DNA of 64,000 nucleotides from a virus. The DNA is taken from positions 1 through 64,000 of the IMG/VR virus record IMGVR_UViG_3300042013_000056; one strand, 5' to 3'. The notes beneath the pieces were generated by a model. That model did not search any database. It worked only from the letters and a program-made list of their open reading frames with translations, and was not told where the DNA came from. The position numbers and the translations under genes were made by a program. Of the stretch, positions 19,056 through 28,883 are shown piece by piece. Each line of letters begins with the position of its first letter. Within the stretch, counting starts at the first letter, position 1.

Positions 19056-19928
19056 TCACGCCGATACGGCTTCTTTGATAAGACGTTTGATCGCTTCAAC
19101 GTCGGCTGTTACACCGGATTCCAATTGAGCAATTTGATCTTTCAAGTATTCAGTATTATGGCTTTGGATCGTACCCAGCACGGTATAGGAACATACGCGG
19201 GCTTTAGCGTTGCGGTAGTCCTTCGGGAAGGCTACAACGTCCGCTGGGTTAACCTTGACCACAAGAATCTTGTGGGCCTTACCTGAACCATAGAAACCAC
19301 CGTAGTGCGGCAGATAGTCTTTCGAACAGATATGCAGACCGTGGGAACATGTCTGACGTGGATCAGGGTTAACCTTGCTACGGTCCAATGATACAACCTT
19401 GCCCGGTGAGTTATCCATTTTACCTGTGTACAGGTCTTTGAAGTCATCACGAACAATTTTGTATGCCAAGAAGTGACCATCTTCGGTAATTGCCAGATTG
19501 TTGATGATCAAGAAGTCATAGAAGTCTTGAACAGCACGACGATCAGGGTTACCAATCAGGTTATCCAAGAACTTAACCAGAACTTCGGCAGACTTACCAG
19601 CTTGAATCAAAGATTTGATTTTTGCGGTAAGTTTGGAATCGACACCGGCTTTATCACCAGCTTCGTTCACATAGAACAGTTCACCATCTTCGAAGCCAAC
19701 TTTACCTTCACCAAAGCTGTTGATTGCTTGGATCAAGTTGAATTTCAGACTAACGATTTCTTTGATAACTTTGTTGTTCTTTTCTTTCAAAGCCTTGGTA
19801 AGTGTACCAAAGCTTTCGGTGTCATCGTCCTTTAAGAACGTGCCCGACATTTTTCCATGCTCGCTATCGATCCAGATATAAATTGTCTGGTCGTTAGCGA
19901 TAAAGTGGAGCGGTAAACCTTTTGACAT
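19056..19928 (-). CDS. rIIB: RIIB protein
   Basis: ITEDGHFLAYK...DN..G.VV...CSHGLH. Confidence 0.92.
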   Translation of the reverse strand: MSKGLPLHFIANDQTIYIWIDSEHGKMSGTFLKDDDTESFGTLTKALKEKNNKVIKEIVSLKFNLIQAINSFGEGKVGFEDGELFYVNEAGDKAGVDSKLTAKIKSLIQAGKSAEVLVKFLDNLIGNPDRRAVQDFYDFLIINNLAITEDGHFLAYKIVRDDFKDLYTGKMDNSPGKVVSLDRSKVNPDPRQTCSHGLHICSKDYLPHYGGFYGSGKAHKILVVKVNPADVVAFPKDYRNAKARVCSYTVLGTIQSHNTEYLKDQIAQLESGVTADVEAIKRLIKEAVSA

Positions 19929-22057
19929 TACTTCAAGAACCCTCTCAGTTCATTTTCATCAATCATACCATGAGAAATCATGGCACTAAACATTACCAAC
20001 GATTCTTTGAACTCAGGTTCCGGCCATTTACCATAGGTACGAGCCGAAATCTTTTCAATCAACAGGTTCTTTTCGAACTTGTTCTTGAAATTGACCAAAT
20101 TATCGTCAGCTTTGGTGCTATCACCACTCATCGAGAATGTGTTCTTGATGAACTGTTCGGTTGTATAGTCCAGCGGTTGACCAAATTTGATAGCACGCAG
20201 CGGTTCAAAGAACTCTTTGATAGCTGTATTTACGTTTGGTCCAGACACCATAATGTCAAACTTGGTTTGATCCATATCAACGCCGGTCATTACCCACTTA
20301 CCGTAGATACCTTCAAACGATTGCTTGGTCATGCACTGGCGGATTTCAGCCTTCAACAGAGTTGAAATATCAGCCCAATTCTTCGGAATAATGTCGGCAA
20401 CCTTGTCGGTGACCAGTACCAGAGGCTTACCAGCTTTCGCGGCTGCACCGGTAATCATTTTCCAAACGGTTTCGCTCAGTTCATCAGCACGGAAGTCATA
20501 ACCGTTGATACACAGACGCTTGGTAACCGAACCCCAACGCAGATACAAATAATCGTTGGTCAGCTCGCCGTCTGTAAGGTTCTTGTAGTCCTTAACCGCA
20601 ATAGGACTGGTGAACGGTCCAATGAAATGATAGAACCCGCTGTACGTCACCTTGTCACGCTTGGCTGCGTTCGGGTCTTTAACAGCCTTCTCACGCTCTG
20701 GGAGGTCCGTTGCCATGTCTGACAGATACTTCCAAGGTGTACCATGTTCATCAAATCTGCCAATGATTGAATCAAAGTCAGCTTTGCTTGCAGGAAGCCC
20801 ACGATCCGGTGCAGAAAGGAACATCACTTGTGAAAGGTTTTCGGTCGAATAACGAATCTTTTTCAGATACTTCGCACGATCATCAATCAGAATGAATCGA
20901 GTCCCATTATGAGGGGTAACAACTACGTTATCCGCACGCATGTTGGAAAGCTTTTCAAGATAACTCATGTTCTTTTTACGAACATTGAATGTATCATTAC
21001 CCAATGCATCTTTGAAACCGTAGATCAGTGTGGTATTGAGCGTTTTGCCTTTATACGTCAACTTGAAAATGTTGTGTGGGTCCGCTTTGTTCATGAAGAT
21101 CATCGCGTTGTAAACATTTTCACATTCGTCGATAGACTTTTGCAGATCAACTGCCATTTCTTCGCGAATGTTTTCCATACCTGAAATCAGGTTTGCAATG
21201 GTAGTTTTATCGTAGGACAAACCTTCACGACCGGCGTTAACGTCGAGGTCACCGATCTTGTATTGAATAACGAAACCCTTACCCGCACGTTGCTGATAGT
21301 TCGTTACAAACTGTGCAGCACCTTTCAACTGGTTCATATCAATTGGATATGCAACTGGACCCATCAACGCATAGATGGTCTTATCGTTGGAGACAGTTTT
21401 GAAGTTTGTACCTTCAAACACAAACAATGGTTCATCCCAATGCCAATTAACTGTATTAGCACCGACGATTGGTTTAACTGGGAAGAACTTGTAAGCTTTC
21501 TTCGCCGCGTTAATGAACAGTTGGTAATCATTTTTCTTGACTGGAACTTTGATGGTCACACCGTTTTCAAACGTTGCATCAATCATTTGTTCAATTAAGA
21601 AGATTTCCGGGGCACCACTTTGGTTCAGGAAGCAAGTGTATTGGTTCTGAACACCATCTTGTCTAGCAAATACTTCAAATGCATCGGTGTAAGCGAAAGG
21701 GGATTTAGAACCCAAACCCATCGCACCGATTTGGTCATTACTTTCTGTCTTGGTGGACTCAAAGTAAGTAGTGAACACGTTTTTAACTTGTTCATCGCTA
21801 AGACCCGTACCGTAATCGATTACTTCAAACCAAGGATGCATATCGCTTGGGAGAACTACTTTGAACGGAACATCCAACTTACCCGCCATGAAATGGGAGT
21901 CCAAAGCGTTACAACCAATTTCACGGACAATAGCCAATGGCTTGTCAGAGTAAAGGTTGCTGGACAACAGTTTAAACGCTTTGGCGGATGCTTTGATGGT
22001 AAATGCTTGGCGGCTTTCGATATTACTGGTTGCCGCGTGACCTTCTGTTACAATCAT
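19928..22057 (-). CDS. rIIA: RIIA protein
   Basis: N-terminal GHKL motifs: LYSDKPLAIVREIGCNA.D, DYGTGL, GLGSKSPF. Confidence 0.93.
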   Translation of the reverse strand: MIVTEGHAATSNIESRQAFTIKASAKAFKLLSSNLYSDKPLAIVREIGCNALDSHFMAGKLDVPFKVVLPSDMHPWFEVIDYGTGLSDEQVKNVFTTYFESTKTESNDQIGAMGLGSKSPFAYTDAFEVFARQDGVQNQYTCFLNQSGAPEIFLIEQMIDATFENGVTIKVPVKKNDYQLFINAAKKAYKFFPVKPIVGANTVNWHWDEPLFVFEGTNFKTVSNDKTIYALMGPVAYPIDMNQLKGAAQFVTNYQQRAGKGFVIQYKIGDLDVNAGREGLSYDKTTIANLISGMENIREEMAVDLQKSIDECENVYNAMIFMNKADPHNIFKLTYKGKTLNTTLIYGFKDALGNDTFNVRKKNMSYLEKLSNMRADNVVVTPHNGTRFILIDDRAKYLKKIRYSTENLSQVMFLSAPDRGLPASKADFDSIIGRFDEHGTPWKYLSDMATDLPEREKAVKDPNAAKRDKVTYSGFYHFIGPFTSPIAVKDYKNLTDGELTNDYLYLRWGSVTKRLCINGYDFRADELSETVWKMITGAAAKAGKPLVLVTDKVADIIPKNWADISTLLKAEIRQCMTKQSFEGIYGKWVMTGVDMDQTKFDIMVSGPNVNTAIKEFFEPLRAIKFGQPLDYTTEQFIKNTFSMSGDSTKADDNLVNFKNKFEKNLLIEKISARTYGKWPEPEFKESLVMFSAMISHGMIDENELRGFLK

Positions 22058-22095
22058 CTATTCTAATACTCACAAGTTGCTGATTTGGTTGAAGA

Positions 22096-22137
22096 ATTCT
22101 ACCACCGGATGATGGTAGAATAAACATTGCATCAAAC
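22096..22137 (-). promoter_or_regulatory. rII promoter (TGTTTA class) with ATCAAAC box
   Basis: -35 TTTATT 22119-24, 17 bp, -10 TAGAAT 22096-101; 9-bp inverted repeat; GCATCAAAC at 22129-37. Confidence 0.7.
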
Positions 22138-22141
22138 TATT

Positions 22142-22675
22142 TTAGGCTACCAAGCCCAAGGCTTCACGGCCCGCTGTGTGGTTTGCTCTGGCTGCTTCGA
22201 TGTCTTCCGGGGTGGACATGACACCAAACGCCTTGGCATGGAACACTTCGTCGCTCAAAATGTTGGTGAACACTTGAGCGATGTCATTGAATCGCACATC
22301 CTCGGCAAGCAGGCGGATACGTTCCAGACGCATCAATTCCGCGTGATGGCCGATAGCACAGATTTGGGAGAATGACACAGGTTCGGTCGGCAGAGTTTTG
22401 TCCCAGTATCGAGTCGGCTTTTCACGATACAATTCGGGTGTAATGATTCCACGGGACAGCAACAGCTCAAGCACCCATTTAGCATGCTTAGCTTCGTCAT
22501 CAGCGATCATAGTAATCAACTGACGTTCAGTCTCGTTGATATCCGGGTACTGTTCCAGCAACGCACGGATACGCACAGCCGCTGTTTGTTCACCGTAATA
22601 CTGATCTTTGAGCCATCCGATCATCTTTTCAGGATCATTGGATACTTCATCCCACCATTCTTTAGTCGTTTTCAT
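22142..22675 (-). CDS. Ferritin-like di-iron protein
   Basis: E...DEAKH and E...DEVFH ligand pairs. Confidence 0.8.
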   Translation of the reverse strand: MKTTKEWWDEVSNDPEKMIGWLKDQYYGEQTAAVRIRALLEQYPDINETERQLITMIADDEAKHAKWVLELLLSRGIITPELYREKPTRYWDKTLPTEPVSFSQICAIGHHAELMRLERIRLLAEDVRFNDIAQVFTNILSDEVFHAKAFGVMSTPEDIEAARANHTAGREALGLVA

Positions 22676-22685
22676 TCCATCACCG

Positions 22686-23264
22686 TTAAAGTTTATATTT
22701 CAATAGTGCAAAGTACACTTTATGACCAATCTTTGGCTTCCATAGATTAGCCAGTCTGCGAATTTGTTCGTATTTTGCATTTTTGTAAGCGGTTTCCGCA
22801 TCTTCTGGTGTGTTGAAACGCCCTAAGCTTTTAGTTCGCCCATCGATTTTAATTTTTGCTTGATATAAATTTCTTGTAATATCAAAACTTACCCCAGATG
22901 GATACACACCTTGATTGGATTGGATGTGAGTCAGAACCCCATTAATACAATGGGGGACAAAGCAACATGTGTCAGGCCCATAGACCTTATTACCTTGAAC
23001 CAAAATATCCTTTTCTAAGTCCCAACCATCATTACGAAATCCAATCTGGGTTTGACACCATGTGGCAAAGTCTTGGAATTTGATAAAATCGGGGTGGACA
23101 CTACAACCGATGTAGGTGGGTTGTTTCCTTTGAACCACCCCACCGGGTTGACATCGAGCTAACATAGCAGTCCACAACGAATATTCTTTCGATTGCAACT
23201 TACCGGATCGACCAACAAACATACCCTTTTCATATACGCCGATACCGGAAACTAACCTTTTCAC
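22686..23264 (-). CDS. HNH homing endonuclease with AP2-like domain
   Basis: W..ML.RC, DLEKDIL..GNKVYGPDTC, GV.F...LG.F.TPE.A..AY. Confidence 0.85.
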   Translation of the reverse strand: MKRLVSGIGVYEKGMFVGRSGKLQSKEYSLWTAMLARCQPGGVVQRKQPTYIGCSVHPDFIKFQDFATWCQTQIGFRNDGWDLEKDILVQGNKVYGPDTCCFVPHCINGVLTHIQSNQGVYPSGVSFDITRNLYQAKIKIDGRTKSLGRFNTPEDAETAYKNAKYEQIRRLANLWKPKIGHKVYFALLKYKL

Positions 23265-24169
23265 AGAAATTCATCAACCTTACCAAGAAGCTCTTTCATT
23301 CTATGACGCACCAGATAATTAAAGATGCCGACACCGGTAGCCACAGGCTTATTGAATTCTGCGATGATCTGATCACCGATTTCTTCTGGAATCAATGTCA
23401 GGTCAAGCAGTTTCAGGTTTTCGTAGTATCTATCAATGGTGAATTGGTCTTTCGCCCAGTTTTCCACCGGTTCATGCATCCATACATCCAGCTCTTTTTG
23501 CATGATCGACTTCTGACGGGTGCCTTTCATCGACAACAAATGGTCTGAAACTGATTTGATAGAACTGATACAGTCCTTTGAATCACCCCTGATCACCTTT
23601 TCCAACAGATGCAGTCGAGCCGAACCATGTTTTGGCACAACCCATTTCTTTTGCATTGGGGAGAACTGTTTGACATGCCGACTGGTTTGAAGCTGTGCCC
23701 AGTCACCATCGGATGAAATCAACAGAATGCCGTTGTATTCATGACCTAAGCGATTTACCAGAACCCCGGCGATATCATCCGCTTCTACACCAGCAATTTG
23801 CATGGTCTTGAATGGGAAGTGTTGAATCAGTTCTTCACGAATGATGTTCATAGCTTCAAAGATTGCATTGAAGTCGAACGCAGATTCTTCGCGTTGGCCT
23901 TTTCGATGGCCCTTGTAATACGGTGCGATAAGTTTCCGCCAGTATGGCCCTTTATCCGTTGCTAGAACGATTTCAGGGTATTCGCGTTTATTTCTCAACA
24001 CGTTAGATCGAATCGTATTCAATACCACATGACGAATCAGATCGGTCGAAAGAGTATCGGTCGGTCTGAATGTCGATGTGATTGTACTGATAACGATTTG
24101 AGAGAAGTCAACAATCATCAAGCCTTGCTTGCGTTTGTTTTCAACTTCTAAAAAATCTTCTAAACTCAT
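23261..24169 (-). CDS. rnh: T4-type RNase H / 5'-3' exonuclease
   Basis: IVDFSQI, YWRK...YKGHR, EADD, SSDGD, GDSKD. Confidence 0.95.
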   Translation of the reverse strand: MSLEDFLEVENKRKQGLMIVDFSQIVISTITSTFRPTDTLSTDLIRHVVLNTIRSNVLRNKREYPEIVLATDKGPYWRKLIAPYYKGHRKGQREESAFDFNAIFEAMNIIREELIQHFPFKTMQIAGVEADDIAGVLVNRLGHEYNGILLISSDGDWAQLQTSRHVKQFSPMQKKWVVPKHGSARLHLLEKVIRGDSKDCISSIKSVSDHLLSMKGTRQKSIMQKELDVWMHEPVENWAKDQFTIDRYYENLKLLDLTLIPEEIGDQIIAEFNKPVATGVGIFNYLVRHRMKELLGKVDEFL

Positions 24170-24447
24170 TTGGCTTTTTGTGTCTCACTTACAAGGAATT
24201 CAACAATTGCATCACTTTCGACATGGAACAGTGCCGTTTCCAACATACTCGCAACACTAAGTTCTAAGTGTGTTCTAACTTGGGCGATGTCGTTTTCGGA
24301 ATAGAAGCGTTTCAGCCGTGGGAATAGTTCCCGGCTGATAAACATCCCCGAGTTTTCCCCATCTACCAGAAGTTCTGTGACGAAACAACTATCATAGGTT
24401 TCTGAGTCATGGCCCATTTTTGATGGGCCATATGTGATTACTTGCAC
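24166..24447 (-). CDS. Hypothetical protein
   Basis: Coupled ORF. Confidence 0.6.
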   Translation of the reverse strand: MQVITYGPSKMGHDSETYDSCFVTELLVDGENSGMFISRELFPRLKRFYSENDIAQVRTHLELSVASMLETALFHVESDAIVEFLVSETQKAK

Positions 24448-24899
24448 TGCGTACTGTAGCGAAGCAATTGATGCAAATGTGTCAAGGTGACTTTGCTTGG
24501 CAGTTCACCGGTTGCGAACAACTGTTCGGCCCATTGCTTGACGTGATAGCTGCGTTCTGGCTCAGGCATGCAACAAATTGCATGGAAATATTCGTTTTTC
24601 AGATAGCAAATCTGTTTCGTACCGAGTTCGACCGGGTATGTACCCACGTCGTCGATTTTGAAAATGCGACGATCCAAATGCAACTTAGCCAACCCAATTT
24701 CAGGCATCGAAATAGTTGTGAATGGATATGTATCATTCGGAAGATTCTGATTCGAAGTCAGAACTTTGACCATGTAATAACACCCAAGGATTGGAACCTC
24801 GGATGTTGCAACACCAACGATTTGACCATAACCTTCGATGGTGTTGAAGCTGAATGCCACATGATCTTTTTCTGCGTAATTGTAATTGTATTTGCTCAT
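24438..24899 (-). CDS. Hypothetical protein
   Basis: First gene after the promoter at 24936-24966. Confidence 0.65.
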   Translation of the reverse strand: MSKYNYNYAEKDHVAFSFNTIEGYGQIVGVATSEVPILGCYYMVKVLTSNQNLPNDTYPFTTISMPEIGLAKLHLDRRIFKIDDVGTYPVELGTKQICYLKNEYFHAICCMPEPERSYHVKQWAEQLFATGELPSKVTLTHLHQLLRYSTQCK

Positions 24900-24935
24900 G
24901 TCTACCTTTGATTAATTGGTCTGTTTGATGGGGTA

Positions 24936-25003
24936 ATTCTACCGTGGTTTCTATCAAATCTAAACATTCAAGCAAAAAAAAACCCTGCCGAATTGACAGG
25001 GTT
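24936..25003 (-). promoter_or_regulatory. Terminator followed by TGTTTA-class promoter
   Basis: ACCCTG-7nt-CAGGGT plus T9; -35 TTTAGA 24959-64, 17 bp, -10 TAGAAT 24936-41. Confidence 0.75.
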
Positions 25004-25009
25004 TGAATT

Positions 25010-26053
25010 TTAGCCTAGCAGATCGAAATCTACTGATGTTGGGTCAGCGGCTGCGGCGGCTGAATCTGTGAATGCAATGTCGAATCCATTGGTTCGCTTG
25101 GTGATCACATACGACAGCAACACAGCGTTGCTAACACTCAATTGAACACGGTAATTGGTGTTCGCCTTTGATGCAGTCAGCAAGATCGTGTAAGCCCCTG
25201 TACCGGTTCTGGTAATAGAGGTTACGTTAGTCGAAGCTACAACCGCACCAGCAGCCCCGGTGAAGGTTGCGTTGGTGTTGTCCAGTGCAGCTACAGCAGC
25301 GGCAACAAATGCAGTGCTTGCAGCTTGAGTAGTGTTAGTACCAGCAGTGGCAGTAGGTACGGTTGGTGTTCCTGTTAGTGCTGGTGACGCAAGCGGTGCT
25401 TTCAAACCCAATGCAGTGTTGATTACGGCGATTGCAGCAGCAACAAACCCGGTACTAGCTACTTGAGTTGTGTTGGTCCCAGCAGTGGCAGTTGGTGCAG
25501 TTGGTGTGCCGGTTAGTGCAGGGGAATCCAGCGGTGCTTTCAAACCCAATGCAGTGTTGACTAACGCAATAGCGGCTGCCACAAATCCAGTGCTTGCAGC
25601 TTGAGTAGTGTTAGTACCAGCAGTTGCAGTTGGAACCGTAGGTGTACCTGTCAGAGCCGGTGATGCAAGCGGTGCTTTCAGACCTAATGCAGTGTTGATT
25701 ATTGCGACTGCGGATGCGACAAACCCGGTGCTTGCAATCTGTGTTGTGTTAGTTCCATCAACAGCGGTTGGGGCAGTTGGTGTACCTGTCAGAGCCGGTG
25801 ATGCAAGCGGTGCTTTCAAACCCAACGCGGTGTTGATTGTGGTGTTAAGTACAGTGATTGCAGCCGCAACGAACCCGGTACTTGCAATCTGGACGTTGTT
25901 AGTGCCAGCGGTTGCAGTTGGTGTAGTTGGTGTGCCGGTTAGTGCAGGGGAATCCAGTGGGGCTTTTGTAGCAAGTTCTGTTGTATGTGACCCAGATGTG
26001 GTTTCAAGTGTGGTCAATCTTGGGAAGATACCATCAATATCTAAGTTTGCCAT
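25010..26053 (-). CDS. Tail-fibre-repeat protein
   Basis: Five ~47-aa KAPL(A/D)SPALTGTPT..TNTTQ.AST.FV repeats; TATAAATA late promoter at 26084-26091. Confidence 0.85.
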   Translation of the reverse strand: MANLDIDGIFPRLTTLETTSGSHTTELATKAPLDSPALTGTPTTPTATAGTNNVQIASTGFVAAAITVLNTTINTALGLKAPLASPALTGTPTAPTAVDGTNTTQIASTGFVASAVAIINTALGLKAPLASPALTGTPTVPTATAGTNTTQAASTGFVAAAIALVNTALGLKAPLDSPALTGTPTAPTATAGTNTTQVASTGFVAAAIAVINTALGLKAPLASPALTGTPTVPTATAGTNTTQAASTAFVAAAVAALDNTNATFTGAAGAVVASTNVTSITRTGTGAYTILLTASKANTNYRVQLSVSNAVLLSYVITKRTNGFDIAFTDSAAAAADPTSVDFDLLG

Positions 26054-26083
26054 ATGTATTACTCTTAAAGTGTTTGTATCTTG

Positions 26084-26102
26084 TATTTATACCCACTAAA
26101 TA
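26084..26102. promoter_or_regulatory. Back-to-back late promoters
   Basis: TATAAATA (-) 26084-91; ACTAAATA (+) 26095-102. Confidence 0.7.
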
Positions 26103-26160
26103 GATCATACAGATTTGACTTACAAATCATTACCGGCGAATGTGACCCGAGGAAATAAAA

Positions 26161-28038
26161 TTGAGTAACGCAAAACCATTCCAAGGCCGACTAGGCTTTG
26201 ATGCAAATAACAACAAAATTGTCAACGTTGCCGCACCGACGGCATTAGGTGATGGTGTTAATTTTGGAACTATGACCGTACCTGCTCATAATGCAACTAG
26301 AGCATATCCAGCGGGATTCATCGTTGAATATAACAACGCAGTCCACAAAGCAAAAACCAATTTGGTGGTTAAAGCTTTTGATCAAAATGATTGGACTGTT
26401 ATTGCAGATGGCGCACTTAGAGCTGATTTGGCTAGCGTCTTAGACGCCAGCAAAGGTGCCGGTGTTGTTGGGTTTGACGCTGCTATTCCATACGCACCTA
26501 ACACAATCGGTGCCAGAGTCCGTAACCATACTAAAGGGTTCTATAACCCACTGGATTATTTGGCTGTAGGTGATGGTGTAACTAATGATACAACAGCGGT
26601 GCAGAACTGCATTAACGCCATGCCAGCAGATAGCGTTCTATGGTTGCCGGGGGATCGTATTTTCAATATTCCCGGTGGTGTAACGATCACCCAGCAAAAT
26701 ATTCAGGTAACTGGTGGTGGTGCGCTCAAGAATGGTCCGCTAATCTTGAATAAAGCTACACTTCCCGCTGGTGAAATGCTGTGTGATATAAACCATGTCA
26801 AGTTCATTGGTACGGATTATACAACCAATGGTATTGAACTGATTACAGCCCGTCGTGTAACTATTACCAACTGTATTTTTGAATCTGTTAATGTTGGTGT
26901 TTTCCGTCGTGGTGATGCTGGACAGGTGTTCCATAATGTGGCAATGGTTCGTATCACGAATAATGATTTCCTGAATGTCAATTGGGCATTGAAAGTTGAA
27001 CATAATGCCGATGCGAATTCTTGGCAGTACACAAGCGACTGTGCATTCGATAATAACACTATCAACATTGCTCGCGTCTGTGGTATAGAAATGACTGGTA
27101 TTGATGGTGCGCACATCACCGGTAACGTAATGTTCACCGTTGGTTATACATCTAGTGATGCCGCTCTGAAAGCTGCAAAGACAAATAACATCAAAATTGG
27201 ACAGTCGGATTGGATCATTATTTCAAATAATAACCTGTTCGAAGCTGGGTTAGAATCTATCCTTCTGGATAAGGCAAAACACTTTAGTATCACGAACAAC
27301 CACTGTGCGTGGCCGGGTCAGAGACAACCATGCGATGCAATTAAACTAACCGGGCAAAGTGAACCTAACGGGGTCATTTCAGGTAATACACTTTCAAGAT
27401 TTACTCGACATGCAATTTCCGTAGAGACTAACCTTGATTCTGCAACTGTCACTGGTATTAATGTGTTTGGGAATACGTTCGAATGGATGCTAAACCCACC
27501 ATCGTACTATGGTGTTGTTGACTTGACGACTATCCCACATTATACAGTGTATCAGCCTGATAATTCGCCAACGTCTGTACTTAATACCGAAAACTCGTCT
27601 ATTGGTGGGCTTTCCCCGTTAATTAGATCAAGATTGGCAGAAGGTGTTCTAGTAGGTCCACGTAGTTCGATTGCGGCAACTGCTCCGATTACAGTGAATG
27701 TGGTTGCGCCAACAGCTATTGCGAGAATGACAGCTTCACTTCAATCCACACTGAGTGCCAGCTATGCCGGTCTATTGCAGATTGAAGCCCGAGTTTCACC
27801 GGGTACAAACAACTCAAACTTGGCGAGTTACATTCTCCATGTTACCAAGGTGCCAAGTCAATCAGGGGTTGTGTCGGTCATTTCCGCGCAAGGTCTGACA
27901 ACAGGTGGGTCTGCTAACCATCCATCGTTTACATTTACGCTGGTTGGTGATTATCTCACTGCAACCCCAGTTGGTTCAACAAACGGAACGTTTGTCTTCA
28001 CCATTACATCACTGGGTGGTATCGGGATTTACGTGTAA
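26161..28038 (+). CDS. Tailspike/depolymerase with T4 gp34-like N-terminal anchor
   Basis: N-terminus GFDANNNKIVNVA..GDGVN resembles gp34; GDGVTNDT.AVQ start of pectate-lyase-like beta-helix; I.NN repeats. Confidence 0.8.
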   Translation: MSNAKPFQGRLGFDANNNKIVNVAAPTALGDGVNFGTMTVPAHNATRAYPAGFIVEYNNAVHKAKTNLVVKAFDQNDWTVIADGALRADLASVLDASKGAGVVGFDAAIPYAPNTIGARVRNHTKGFYNPLDYLAVGDGVTNDTTAVQNCINAMPADSVLWLPGDRIFNIPGGVTITQQNIQVTGGGALKNGPLILNKATLPAGEMLCDINHVKFIGTDYTTNGIELITARRVTITNCIFESVNVGVFRRGDAGQVFHNVAMVRITNNDFLNVNWALKVEHNADANSWQYTSDCAFDNNTINIARVCGIEMTGIDGAHITGNVMFTVGYTSSDAALKAAKTNNIKIGQSDWIIISNNNLFEAGLESILLDKAKHFSITNNHCAWPGQRQPCDAIKLTGQSEPNGVISGNTLSRFTRHAISVETNLDSATVTGINVFGNTFEWMLNPPSYYGVVDLTTIPHYTVYQPDNSPTSVLNTENSSIGGLSPLIRSRLAEGVLVGPRSSIAATAPITVNVVAPTAIARMTASLQSTLSASYAGLLQIEARVSPGTNNSNLASYILHVTKVPSQSGVVSVISAQGLTTGGSANHPSFTFTLVGDYLTATPVGSTNGTFVFTITSLGGIGIYV

Positions 28039-28044
28039 AACAAT

Positions 28045-28066
28045 AAAGGGGCCAATTGGCCCCTTT
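28045..28066. terminator. Bidirectional terminator with the same core as 2567-2594
   Basis: AAAGGGGCCAATTGGCCCCTTT. Confidence 0.85.
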
Positions 28067-28070
28067 TCTT

Positions 28071-28802
28071 TTATCTATCTGTTTCACCAAACAAATCAGA
28101 CATATCAATGTCTTCTTCGTCATTGCCTGTACCTTTTGCAATAGCACGAACAACTTCTTTTTCCGTGTACTTTTCATCAACTCGCTTAGCATATACTGCA
28201 TCATGTGAAGTATTCACCAATGCAGACTGTTTCAGTGCGGCTGGGTTGTGATGTCGTACCGCGTCATATGGTGCATGAACCAGCATTTCTGCTGCGACTT
28301 TGGTATTCCGGTAGGACTGCTTTTCAAGTCGATGTACACCTTCGGCAATACCTTGTAGTTCAGTCTTGGAGAAACCTTTGTGGGCTTTGATATAATTCAA
28401 AATCAGGTTTGATATAATCTCATTGCGGTTCAATGGTGATTCATCAATGATGTTGGTAAACTCACGCATCAAATCAACTGGAATGAACGCGTTCAGGTTG
28501 ACTTTGTTGGCATAATCTGTTGGCTTCTGATTCGACATCTTTTTGATTGCTCTGGTCAGGTTCTTTGAATGCTTGTCTCGCTGTTCCATAACCCGGTTGT
28601 ATTCGGTTAGACAGACTTCAAGCTTTTCAGTCTCAAGGGTAAATTTACTCAATTCACGCAAAAATGAATTAGTAACAACCTGTTTCTTCTTCATTGCTTC
28701 CATAGCAATGGTCACTTGGTCGCGGCGAACCTTCGGCTTCTTCTCAGTTGCACCTTTCGGGCGTCCGCGTGGTCGTTTGACCGGTGGGGTTGTTTCAATC
28801 AC
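28071..28802 (-). CDS. AT-hook protein with putative ribbon-helix-helix domain
   Basis: KRPRGRPK; KVNLNAFIPVDLMREF...RNEIISNLILNYI. Confidence 0.7.
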   Translation of the reverse strand: MIETTPPVKRPRGRPKGATEKKPKVRRDQVTIAMEAMKKKQVVTNSFLRELSKFTLETEKLEVCLTEYNRVMEQRDKHSKNLTRAIKKMSNQKPTDYANKVNLNAFIPVDLMREFTNIIDESPLNRNEIISNLILNYIKAHKGFSKTELQGIAEGVHRLEKQSYRNTKVAAEMLVHAPYDAVRHHNPAALKQSALVNTSHDAVYAKRVDEKYTEKEVVRAIAKGTGNDEEDIDMSDLFGETDR

Positions 28803-28883
28803 ATCAAACTCTCAAATGGTTGTATCATTTATTTATCGGACAGCAAAAAGCCCGGAAAACCGGGCTTTTGGTCGAAATAGTTT

